A stretch of DNA of 64,000 nucleotides, taken from Hydrolagus affinis. Taxonomy: Eukaryota. Under the pieces are notes generated by a model, which did not search any database, was not told where the DNA came from, and saw nothing but the letters and a program-made list of their open reading frames with translations. The translations under genes and the position numbers were made by a program. The stretch is taken from positions 1-64,000 of the forward strand of contig JAAILG010001244.1 of the NCBI GenBank assembly GCA_012026655.1. Reading direction: 5' to 3'. Positions 27,590 to 39,100 of this stretch are shown here, one piece after another (the stretch's first letter is position 1; each line of letters begins with the position of its first letter).

Positions 27590-28040
27590 TCTGAAGCTCG
27601 GTGGTTACAACACTCACCTCACAAGCAAGAGATCTGGGTTCAATTTACAGCAGGGGATGGGGGAAGGAAGTGAGTTGTGTCATCCTAGTTAAATATTCAT
27701 GGAAAACATTAGAAGAGTGAATACGGTGAAATATATCAATGAATAATGTTAACAGTGAAACGTGTGTATTTACTAACAATGTGCTGCATTGTTGAAATTG
27801 GTCTTTTTTGGATGAGATATAAACGAAACTCCTGTTTTGCAGTTTGTTTAGGTGGACATTAATGATTCCATGGCACTAGTTGAAAAGAGAATAGAGTTTC
27901 TCGTGGTGTTCTGGTTGATAGGACCTTCTGATAAAATTGGCTACTGTGTTAGACGACAAACACAATCAGTATACTTACAGTAAATCTTGTGAAGCACTTT
28001 GGAATGTTTCAAAGATGTGATAAGATACGATACCAAATAC
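27590..28040 (+). mobile_element. DeuSINE-type SINE upstream of TNNC
   Basis: ggatgagatataaac...ggtggacattaatgattccatggcacta core, plus tail. Confidence 0.65.
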
Positions 28041-29951
28041 AACAGCAAAATAAAATCTTGCTAAATACAGTTACCCTAACATCCTAGAATTCACATTTTC
28101 TGAATGTTCTACATTAACAACCATCATTACAGATACAAAGCTTATATGAATCAAAGTGTGATAGATCCATAATTCTTCTTGCGGGACAGAATTAGGGCTT
28201 AGACCAGTAACAATAACTTACTAAGATAGAATATTTTGTATCTATATCCAAAAAAACATACATTTTAAGCTTTAATGTCCAAAGATTGATCTGATGGATA
28301 TTTTAGAAGAGCACAATCCCTTGGCAGTACAAACACCACTCTGACAGTCAACTCAGTACATGTTGATACAGAAGGAAATCCACCGAACGGGCTGAAGAAT
28401 AATGCACTATAATCAATTGTTATTTAAAATAATTGGGTGGGAACAAAGGAACCTTTTGCTTCTATGTCACCATCTTTTTAAAGTGAATGGAACCCCAAGC
28501 AAAGTTGTCAGGCAAAATAATTTTCCTGTTTTGTTTCCTGTTTACCCTCCATCTGCTTCCAGTGAAGACAATGCTAATATTGTGTGTGCTTGTGCCTGGA
28601 ATGTTCTGAGCATTCTAGCAGGAGCCATATTGGATGTCCTTGCCTTTACCTAATGAAATATATATAATACAGTACAGGTATATAATAATTCTTGCATTTG
28701 ATATAGCAGCTCTCACATCGGATGTCTCAAAGCGTGTTACAGGATATGCTGTGAAGGTGGGGCGACTATGCATTTTGTGGCCGTGAATAAATAAAAGAAA
28801 ATCAGCATATGTTCATTATTTTACTCTTAGTACATCAGTACGTCAGCGCATATCGCAGTTGGTTCAAAACCGCTCATCTTTTTCTTGAAACCAACTAAAT
28901 TGTGTGTGATAAATTTCTTGTTGCAGATTATTTCATGATTGTTTCAACTACTTGGATTCTTTTTCACTTACATAGCGCCCCTCATGCAACGTAGCGACTC
29001 AGAGTACATTTTGCTTTCAAAGAACTGCTGCTTCTCTTCAACTATCTTCTCAGCTGGTCTTGAAATAGATGTTCCCTTATGATTTGATCCATTGTTGTGC
29101 ATCTGTGCATTGGTTTCACAGACAAGTTATGTTTCAGAGAAACCACAACCCTGTACTTTACTGTGGAGACTGGCTATGTGCCTCAGTGTTTCTGAAGATG
29201 GATAATAAGCCATGGACAAGCATATTGAGTAGTAAAATACATGCCAGTTTTATTTACAATTAATTCTATCAATAGACACAAATTACAAATGGTTCAATAC
29301 AAAAACCCTTAAAAGGTTCCAAATTGTCAGTCTTTTTTTTAACAAATAGTGTAAATAAAACTGTTAACAATCTTTATTTTATTCCCTAATGGAATCCAAT
29401 TCTTTCTTCCATTTGGTGATAATGACAATTTTCATAGCCAACATATCATAATATGGCAGATATCTCAACATTTGCCTGGTTCATAACAGACCCAAAGAAC
29501 TGTTGAATATTTCACATGCATAACAAGAACATGTATTTTGATCTTAAAATGAAGAGTAGCTATTAAACAGGATGACACACTGCATTGTTACCACATACTA
29601 ATCTCCCAGGAGTGATCAATGGGCAATTCAAGCCTTCTTTTATGGTGATACAATTGACACTATCTTCAGACTTCACTGTGGTACAAGAAGAGATTTGATT
29701 TATACCTCTGGCTTTAATAATCTGGCTCTTTGCAAAAAGATGTGAAAAGGATTTTTTATTACATTTAAATATTTCAGTAAATGGGAACACTTCATGTAAA
29801 GTGTGACTGTGATCAAAAGTTTTGGAATCTGTTAGTGCATTGTGGATTGGTACAGGAATAGGTGGTTTGGCCTGTTGAGTGAATTCGGCCACTTCATTAC
29901 ATCAAGGCATCATTATATATTATTACAATACAGTATATATAATTATATATT

Positions 29952-30232
29952 ATAATAATCCCTGCATTTGATATAGTGCTTTTCACATCTTCTGAGCATC
30001 TTAAGCACTTCACAGAATATACTGTAAAGTGAATTGACTATATATGTGGGCAAAACGCAGCAGCCAATTGTGCACAACAGTGTCCCACAAACAGTTGTGG
30101 ATTGAAATGATAAAAAAAAATCCCCAAAGATTATTATCAGGAGAAAGGAAACTTGCCCAAGGCTTCGCTCTGCCTGGAAGTGAACCCAGGTCTTGCAATG
30201 CAAGTGATCTGACCACTGAGCTAGAGGACCTC
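29952..30232 (-). mobile_element. tRNA-headed SINE
   Basis: Same family. Confidence 0.85.
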
Positions 30233-30545
30233 AATACTCAATTTCTCTTCATATCCTTGAAGCATTTACTTCTCAAATATCAGTGATTCACTTATAGTAA
30301 TTCACCCGAGCCATTGATTATTCAGGATTTTATTAATTTAATATTATTGTTTTATCTCATCTCAGATACACACAAAAATGATAATAAAACCAATACAAAT
30401 CTTAAATATGTACACTATATTAAAAAAATGATGCCTGCATGTTACCAGTGATTTTAACTACCTAAATATATAGGTTAATTAGATTTTAGTGATTTTTTTT
30501 CTAAAAGTATTCATGAACTGAGCACTTTAAAATGTCGAAACATAT

Positions 30546-30990
30546 TTATCTTTGCAAATTAATTTGCAAAGTCGCCCTGTCATTTTGGGGACTCCTGTTT
30601 GTCTTTGGCTTTCTTTTTATTTTCTCCTTAAGTTTTAAAGTGGAGTTTTTAATAATTCTGGCGAGGATCTGCTGCCTCCGGTGTGACTGTGGTGGAAATG
30701 CAGCAGATGTCTCTGTTGGCCTGGCTGCTTGTTTCAGCTGATAGAGTGACATGGCAGCATTCAGTTGTCTGCTAGCTGCTTCTTGTGCTCCATCTGCCCT
30801 GTAGTTAAAGGAACGAAATACTCCCTTTTCCACATCCCAGTCAAACCCACCAATTCGAATCAAATATTTATAACTGGTATATGACCATCCAGGGCATTCA
30901 ACATCAGTGCTATCCTTTCTAACGACCTTATATCCACATCCTATCCTGATCCTCTCACATTCCATGGGCCATGCAGAGGGACACAGTGGC
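30546..30990 (-). CDS. MSMB-like gene exon 3 (PLCPSAWPMECERIRIGCGYKVVRKDSTDVEC plus tail)
   Basis: Pyrimidine-rich acceptor; in frame with the 139-aa ORF 30546..30965; AATAAA at 30329-30334 downstream. Confidence 0.72.
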
Positions 30991-33423
30991 CTGCGAAGAA
31001 CACATGAAAGAAATTGTTATTACGTACACTGTAAAGAATGTACAAAACTACAGTATATGTTTTTTAGTTTTACATCATTCATGCTCATTTATCTCAATGA
31101 ATAAATACAATACTAATCTATGGCTAACCTAAGACTGAAATCATGGCCAGCTCAACGAGACATTATGAGATACGTTTAACTAAAATATTTGCAGACCTTT
31201 CAAGTAGATTAACAAATTAAGAGAATGCGTGCACTATGATTCTTAAGTATAGTGATAGTTTCTGCATAAGTCAGATATCTGGCCAACAAAACAATAGGAA
31301 ATAAGCGTAGGACTATAAATCATCTTGTGTGTTCAATTAAGGATCTTGTGGGTTAAAAGGCTCACCAGAAGACAAGTTTCAAATGCAAGGATTATCAATA
31401 ATAATCCTTGCATTTGATATAGCGCTTTTCATGTCTTCTGGACGTTTCAAAGTACTTCACAGAATATACCATAAAGTGAATTGATTGTATATATGTGGAC
31501 AAAACTAAAATTAATATTCTTGTCTTATGAGAAAGAGCTTCAGCTTGCAGGTTTGAAGACACCTTTACGTATTTACATGGATTCCTGTAGATCTTGCTTC
31601 AATAAATGATGATAATAATCCTTGCATTTGATGTAGCACTTTTCACATCTTCTAGAGGTCTCAAAGCGCTTCACAGAATATACTATGAAGTTAATTGACT
31701 GCACATTAGTGGGTGAAACACGGCAGTCAATTACGCACAGCAGTGTCCCACAACCAAATTATTATTGGGGGGGGCGGGAGGGGGGTATTATTATCAGGCG
31801 TGTGGAGTATGAAAACTTGCTCCAAGTTTCACCCGGCCGGGAAATGAACCCAAGTCTCTCACTTGCAAGGCAAGTGCTCTAACCACTAAGCTACAGAATT
31901 CCATATCTCTTCAGCATCACTTTAGCCCCAGGGGGATCTCACCCGTCACCCTCTTTCTTTGCTAATCCCCCCACCCCACTTCCACACACACACACACAAA
32001 AACACATGGAGGATAAATTTGGAGTTACCCCACCCACCAGCTCAATGACCCAGAACTTTCTGGTCCTAAGTCTAGAGTTGCCCAGGATGTTATACATCAT
32101 ACACTGTCTCATACAGATGACCTTGATAAAAATCACCCTGTAATTAATGTCTTGCAGGAAAATTGTTTAAACACACCAGAAGTCCATCGATATCCAGTAC
32201 GGTTAATTTACTTACGTCTCACATTCTTGAAAGACATCTCCACTCACTAAAATACAACGACAGAGCTTGCAGCCTTCCCTTGGGTTCTCCTGCCACTGGG
32301 TACCAACCAGCTCCTGAGAGCAGTGACCTAGATGTAGACATGAAACCACAATGACTAAGTCGGTGCCTTTTCATCGTATCAATGATGGAATGTATATAGA
32401 CCAATATCGAAATGTCTCGCAAGTTTGAACCGCATTCCTATCATTAGTCAACCAATTTCTTTCATTGCAGTTATTTTATGCATGACTCAATTTACACACA
32501 TTAACTTCTAGATGTTCATGTATGTTTAAACAATTCTGTAAACCTCTCACTTAGAAATTAGCTTACAGAACATGTCTCTTAATGGCAGTTCTGACGAAGG
32601 TTCGAGGACCCGAAATGTCCTGTGCATTTTGCATTACACAGCCTAAACTATAACCTGAGTCCAGGTTTGGTTGAATTATTTATAAAACCAGCAGGACTCT
32701 TTGCCATTAATTCCAACAAAGGTGCATTTCAATAGAACGATTTAACATCAAACATAATGTGTTCTATTTTAATATGTCTCAAAATCAGTTCAAAATGTAG
32801 ATTGAGCCTCATCAGACTTGTAACAATCTGAATGTCATTTCATACAAAATATCTCGCATGAAATTCAGAAATTCACCGGAGAATTCAATGGGTGTAAATG
32901 GATATGTCGACAGATCTATTGAACACACACAGTATTTAATGGTAAACAAAACACAAAATACTACAGATGCTGGGAATCTGAACCAAAAACAAAAGTTGTT
33001 GGGGAAACTCAGCAGGTCAAACAGCATCCATGGAGAAAGGAAAAGGAGTCAACGGTTCGGATCTACAACCGTTCTGACAAACGTTGTAGACGAAGGTTTG
33101 ATGAAGGTTGTAGACCCGAAACGTTTGTATTTAATGGTATTGCCTCCTTCCAAACCCAAACTGCTCTTGAAGTAGATGCAAAGTTGAGCTGTTTACCAAC
33201 TGAGAAGCTGCACTTGTTTTTACCAACTTTCTTTACCACCAGAACCATGTGGTATTACACACATAATTCCTACCTTTGTCTGCCTACACACAGAATGGGG
33301 GTGTTTTTTTTTAGAAAAATGAAAAGTTAGGCGAGTCTTACCCAGATCAGCACCAAGCAGCATTTGTGTGGTTTGAGGAACAGCCCAGGCGACCCACAGC
33401 AGGGTGGTATAGAGACCCATCAT
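30546..33423 (-). CDS. Putative secreted beta-microseminoprotein (MSMB/PSP94/MSMP)-like protein with long basic C-terminal extension, 3 exons, 212 aa
   Basis: Exons 33342-33423 (82 nt, signal-peptide-like, G|GTAAG), 32216-32327 (112 nt, CTAG| and |GTAAGT) and 30546-30990 (445 nt, TTCTTCGCAG|). Phases 1 and 2 join into one ORF: MMGLYTTLLWVAWAVPQTTQMLLGADLGHCSQELVGTQWQENPREGCKLCRCILVSGDVFQECETPLCPSAWPMECERIRIGCGYKVVRKDSTDVECPGW... The W..CxxCxC and CxYxVVxK...C motifs resemble MSMB. Confidence 0.7.
31610..31902 (-). mobile_element. tRNA-headed SINE in intron 2 of the MSMB-like gene
   Basis: Same family. Confidence 0.83.
32216..32327 (-). CDS. MSMB-like gene exon 2 (HCSQELVGTQWQENPREGCKLCRC...ECE)
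   Basis: Only one of three frames is open, and it fits both neighbouring exons; consensus GTAAGT donor. Confidence 0.72.
32950..33125. mobile_element. Same repeat: minus copy joined head-to-head to a plus hammerhead-like core
   Basis: caaaatactacagatgctgggaatctg...aacggttcggatctacaacc, then TTGATGAAGGTTGTAGACCCGAAACGTT. Confidence 0.65.
33342..33423 (-). CDS. MSMB-like gene exon 1 (signal peptide)
   Basis: In-frame stop upstream; ATGATGG; hydrophobic LYTTLLWVAWA with an A-X-A site; phase-1 donor GTAAGA. Confidence 0.6.
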
Positions 33424-33506
33424 CACCTGGTGTAACCAGTCTCAGGACAAATACTGCAGACGATGAATAATCTCCTCCCTTGAAGAGCCACACCTTAACT
33501 GGCCTC

Positions 33507-33514
33507 TTTAAATA
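33507..33514 (-). promoter_or_regulatory. TATA-like box of the MSMB-like gene
   Basis: TATTTAAA about 85-90 nt upstream of the ATG at 33423. Confidence 0.4.
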
Positions 33515-34779
33515 CAATATTGAGACAGCCAGACACCTCCCCTCAACCCTCCCAAACGTGCATCCTTCCTGAGCCTCTGGCTATGTGAGAGTCGTGTGTG
33601 TGTGAGACCAGGGCGCTCCTGTTTCGTGCTGGACGTGTCCACTTGCCCACATATTCCAGATGATTGATCCCAGTGGAAAATAACACCTGTAAACGGCAAA
33701 CCAGTGTCCACACCCCTGTCACTCACTGCCCTGTCTGCCTAGCCCTCTCCCACATGAACACATGTTAGTCAATGAATTTCCCTTCTGATGTACGTGGAGT
33801 CTCACACACAAGTCATGGTGATATCAACTACTGGGATATCAGAAGAACTTTGCCTTGTCATAAAAAGCCTGGGGTGGTGGGGGGGAAATGGGTTCTCAGT
33901 TGAATTAAAAACTAAAAGGGTTAAAGGCATTCAGTGCTGAGTGAGCCTGTGTCCATCCTATAATGTTTTAGTTTATAAAAATGCAAGATCCTCTTAGTTG
34001 TTTCCTGCTAAATTTATTGCTGTTTCTGAGCTTGACTTGCAGATAAATCAATCAACACAAAATGGACTTCAGTTTTAACATTGACCCAATAATATTGCAA
34101 GTAAATTGCTGTTAATTATGTTGTTAAAACCTTTATTATCTTCAAATCCACTTAAACTTTAAATATTTATTTTGATTATTAGCTAAAAGAAAAATAATGT
34201 ATTTCAGTACATTTATTGCTTAAATATATTGATCTTTAATTGGTCAAATGGATCAATTGGTCAAATACAGAAACGTATAATGAGAGGGGTTTCCGAACAG
34301 ATATGTCTTACTTTCTTCAGAAAATATACTGCAAAGATATCTCGAAGAACATTGAAACACACAAAGACATCAATAAGCGGTTTTGATGACTACAAAATCA
34401 ATGACAGAACATGTTGATAAAACATTTATTTCTTTAACATTTAATATATATGTTGCTATTTTGAAAAACAAATATTATCGAATATTACAAGAAACTGAAT
34501 GAATTGAAGGTTTGTAACAAATAATATAAAATGCCACAATTGAGCTCCTATCTAAGCGATCATCTGGAGAGAGTGTATTGTTTGTGGTATAAACTGTGAA
34601 AAATTCTGAATGACACAAAGCAATCTCCACAGCCCAGAAAGGCTCCAACTTTCAATTATTGGTTTTAATCCCATATAACCTTAATCCGATTCTGCATTCC
34701 TCAATTCCCAAAGGGAATTGTTCACTGGTTGAGTGACAAACTTGTCTGTGAAATATTTAGTATATTTTACAACAATTAT

Positions 34780-34879
34780 NNNNNNNNNNNNNNNNNNNNN
34801 NNNNNNNNNNNNNNNNNNNNNNNNNNNNNNNNNNNNNNNNNNNNNNNNNNNNNNNNNNNNNNNNNNNNNNNNNNNNNNN
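34780..34879. other. Assembly gap (100 N, probably of unknown size)
   Basis: Run of exactly 100 N followed by poly-C. Confidence 0.99.
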
Positions 34880-35917
34880 CCCCCCCCCCCCCACCACCCC
34901 CAAGAAAGATAGTCAGTTATTAGTCATTTGACCTCTAACAAGCATAACATTGAGCCCTTGCTTGGCACCATCTTCCTGTCCGCAGTTCAGAAGCGCATTC
35001 TAAGCATTGAATGACAATTCTACAAGTTGAAGGTGCTGATAAATCTTTGCAACTAAAACTAATTTTTAGCGTCAAAATCAGTCACATCTGACCTTAAAAA
35101 TCCCTAACCATCACCTATCCATTATTATTATAATATCACATGGATCTTATTATGCAAACCTACATTTTGTGAGTAATCTAATCACACAATCGGATGAATA
35201 AGGAAATGTGGCCCATTTTATTTCATCCTTTCACAATACCCATCCTACACGTCTTCACATTACAGCATAACACAGCTATGCACAACATCAACAAAATCAT
35301 ATTTATTTATAGAGTGCCTTTTACGTTGGGAGAAAGGGCAGAAACTTGGGCAAGTTTCTTTACTCCACACGCCTGAAAATAAACCCTCAAGAAAAAAAAA
35401 CAATTTGAAATTGGTCATTTCAATCCACAACTGTCTGTGGGAGACTGCTGTGCACAATTGGCTGCCGCATTTGGCTGAATGCGCTAAATCAAATGCAAGG
35501 ATTATTATTGTAGCATAAAGTGTTTATTATAGCCTTATTTTTATTGCATATAGTGTTTTTTAAATAATATGTTCTGGCTTGAACCACCCTGGCAAACATT
35601 CGTGGCCCAAACTCAAGTGTGGGCTGTGGGACAGCCTGAAAGCAGATAGTGCTGTTTATTTGAAGGTGGTCAATCGAGTGCAAACACCTCTCCTCAAAGG
35701 TGCAATCATGAGTAGGTCCCCTGTGCAGGGCAAGGAGGCTGTGAGGAAATCCGCTCATTTTCAGCACTCATGTTCACTTGCTTTGTTTTTTGCTTAAAAA
35801 AACAAAACACTCGAGGAAGACAAGATGCTGTCCTCGCAGTTTCTCTGGCTGATGACAGCTTTCAAGTGTCCTGTGATTCTAGATAGCGGTTTTTTGGTTT
35901 GTATGTGGACAGGAAAA

Positions 35918-35943
35918 GGGGGGGTGGGGGCGGAGGGGTGGGG
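35918..35943 (+). promoter_or_regulatory. G-rich element (GC box, G-quadruplex-capable) upstream of STAB2
   Basis: G7-T-G5-CGGA-G4-T-G4 including GGGCGG, about 130-157 nt before the ATG. Confidence 0.45.
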
Positions 35944-36074
35944 AGAGCAAACTGTAAAAGGCAGGAGATGGGAAGGAAGAAACTGCACAGGGCACTACAG
36001 AGGAAACCCAGAAGAATGCAGTCCTGCTGAAATTATTTTAAAATAGATTTAACAATCACAACCGAACCTTAGCA

Positions 36075-36158
36075 ATGAAAGAACAATTAAGTTACAAGCT
36101 CACACTAATTTTGCTTATGCTGACAAACTGCTTGCTGACCAATTCCATTGGAGGCCAG
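36075..36158 (+). CDS. STAB2: STAB2 exon 1 (signal peptide [28 protein letters not shown])
   Basis: 84 nt, CAG|GTATGT, phase 0. Confidence 0.8.
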
Positions 36159-39100
36159 GTATGTGTTTTTTTAATGTATTAAAATGTTGTGTTTTTACAC
36201 TGTAATCGTGAAAGGATCAGCCAAACTGTCTGTTTGGCTCTGCGTAAACTGTGGCAAATAGTTGTAACAATTTTTCAATGGGGAACAAAACCTGAAGTAT
36301 TGCAACAACAACAACAACAAAATTACATTTGTATAGCGCCTTTCACGTTGGGCACTGCATTGGATTAGACCTTAGCAGTTCCAAGTTTGTTAAATGTTGT
36401 GCTCAGCTGAAGAGTTGCAAGGCGGGCAATTTGCAGTTATTCATTGTGCTCTTATTTCTTTGATTTAGTTATTTTAATCAAATTGTAGCTAAATATCAAA
36501 TAATTTTCTCCACCTTGCATTGCTCTAATCTTTGCAAACACATAGTGCAGCGTCTGTGGCTGAAAACCATTCCTGCTCCTCGCCTTAAGACAACTGTCAC
36601 AGAATTAACCATTTTTTATGAGATGCCAGGAAACTCGCTTCTAAATTGGGAGTTACTTTAAGAATGTTCCAAAATGCATCACGACCGTAAGTTTTTAGGC
36701 TATGGTCTTAAGGCTAGGCCATTAGAAATGTTGGGCCTGTGATGTGATACTTTCCAAAGACAAAAGGCAAAGCATCCGCAGAAAAGCATTGGCAAAATGT
36801 GTGCATTTGTGAGACTCTAATGCGATGATGGAATCGTATTCAAATGCGCTTTTGCATCGACTGCATTGGTGCACCATTTGCCAGCAATGACATGCGTGAC
36901 GGTTAAAATGCTTTATTGCTGTGAGACCGCCTTCCATCCTAATAATAGAAGCAGCGCTTTAGCGATACGAAGCTTTGATACTTACGATTTGTATTGCTCC
37001 AACAGAAAAGCAATAGATGTGACAAAAGGACTATCATACAGACCAACACTCCATGCCGATCCTGCATTCTAAATGCCGAGATGCGCTGTGCCCCTGGTTA
37101 CCTTCAGATCACTAAGAATTTTGGCAAAAGGGACTGCAGGTAAAAAATACCATGATGAGAAAAATGTGATGTTTGCAAAAGATTTGCCTTGTAAATTGCT
37201 TGCGTGATTAATGTTCAGTAAACTTTATTTTTTTGTGAAAGGTATAACATTCCAATTAGGACGTACTCATTGGCTATCCCTGGCTGTCGCCATTTGTGCT
37301 CCAAGCTCTTCTCTGAACCTCAATGCTGCGCTGGTTATTGGGGAGTCGATTGTATGGGTAAGAAATTGTGCATCATTCCCATCACTTGTCAACTTGGTTA
37401 TTATTTCAGCACCTTGGGACGTCCTCCCGACGTGAAAGGTGCTTGAGAAATGTAATTTTGTGGTTGTTATTTCACAGATATTTCAAATGAAATTCCAAAC
37501 ATGTTCATATTTTCATTCCTTTGGGGCAAGGCGATCCTTGCTGGATAAGCAGCAGAAAGCTTGCCAAACAGTGCTTTCAATGGCAAACTGTGGGTATAGC
37601 GCCTTTCACGTTAGATGGTTAAACACAAACAATACTATGTCTGTGGCCCCACAAGCCTTTCCAATCAATGCATAATGCTCTCTGGGATTAGATAAACAGG
37701 GTGGGTCTCTCTGGGAAGAATGCTCATTCAATTGCAGAATTTACATTTAGGTTGGCATGCTAAGAACTGCAGTTTGGTTTGGATATTCTTAAGCGTTGTG
37801 ATGGATTTCCGTATGTGTCAGACATCCAAAACACCTTTAAAACACCTTTCATTCACCTATAATAGTAGGAACTTCAATACATTTGTACCATCCATTCAGG
37901 ACTTGGAATCGCATAGTCTAAGATGATATTCCAATGCAGTGTTGAGCATGTGTTGCATTGCCAGAGGTGCCGTCCTTTGGATGAGACAATAAACCAAGGT
38001 CCTGTCTGCCTGTTCAGGTGGACGTCAAAGATCCCGTGGCACTATTTAAAAACAGAAGGGAGTTTCTCCCTGTGTTCTGGCCATCAAATCCCCCAAATAA
38101 AATTGGTCACCCACCCCATGGTTGTTTGAGGGACATTGCTGTGTGCAAACTGGCTGCCACGTTTGGTCCACAAAATACACAGTCACTCCACAGTATATTA
38201 TGTGAAGCGCTTTGTGATGACTCGACATGATAAGGTTCTATACCGAAGGAATGATTATTACTATTACTATTATTATTATTGTCATTTGATGATGCCAGGA
38301 GAGATGCTACAAGTGCAATTAAGAAAGATTTCCTAAAAGGGTGCAAATGTTCAGGTGTTTTTAGTTACAATGTCCATATTTTAAACCAAACCAAATTTGT
38401 GTCCTGTAGCTCAGTGGGAACAGCACTAGCCTCGCAAGCATGAGGCTTGGGTTTGATTCCCAGCAGGATGAGACGTTGGGCAAGTTTCCTTAGTCCACAT
38501 GGCTGATAATAATCTCTCAAGAAAAAAACATTAAAATAAAATAATAATCCTATCACTTCTATCCACAACTGTTTGTGGGACACTGCTGTGCGCAATTGGC
38601 TACCCTTTTTCGCCTGCAAATATAGTCAATTCACTTCACAGTTGATTTTGTGAAGTGCTTTGCGATATGTGGAAGACATGAAAAGCACTATATCAAATGC
38701 AAGGGTGATTATTATTGTAAAATTAGGAGAATTATAAGTCATTGCAGACCATATTTGCTGGGTCTAAATTCCTTAAAACATAAGGAGTACATTGGCAGGA
38801 GCTACTAGTATTTTGGGGACTTTTACTAGTGATCGTATGGTGTTTGGTAAAAGTAGCCTCAGGGATGGTAATGATGATAACACTGAGGATGTAGAACAGC
38901 TTGGGAGCAGAAAAACAGTGAGCTGGGTGAGAATTAGACAAGAGAATGGGTCAAGATAACACACTCTAATGAGATAGAGTTGTATCTGTTGTACTGCATC
39001 TTGAGAGACACAGAAAGAAGCAGAATAGAATAATTGAGAGAAAGCTTTTCCACTAATTGATTGAAACTGATAGCTCAGAACTCAGAGAAATATCCAACAG

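Noticed and set aside
29563-29892. 109-aa minus ORF downstream of the MSMB-like gene
   Set aside because: GTG start, no convincing acceptor and no recognisable motif; treated as a chance ORF
30704-30796. Four E-boxes as a possible TNNC upstream enhancer
   Set aside because: They fall inside exon 3 of the MSMB-like ORF and are explained by Ala/Gln codons; no independent support
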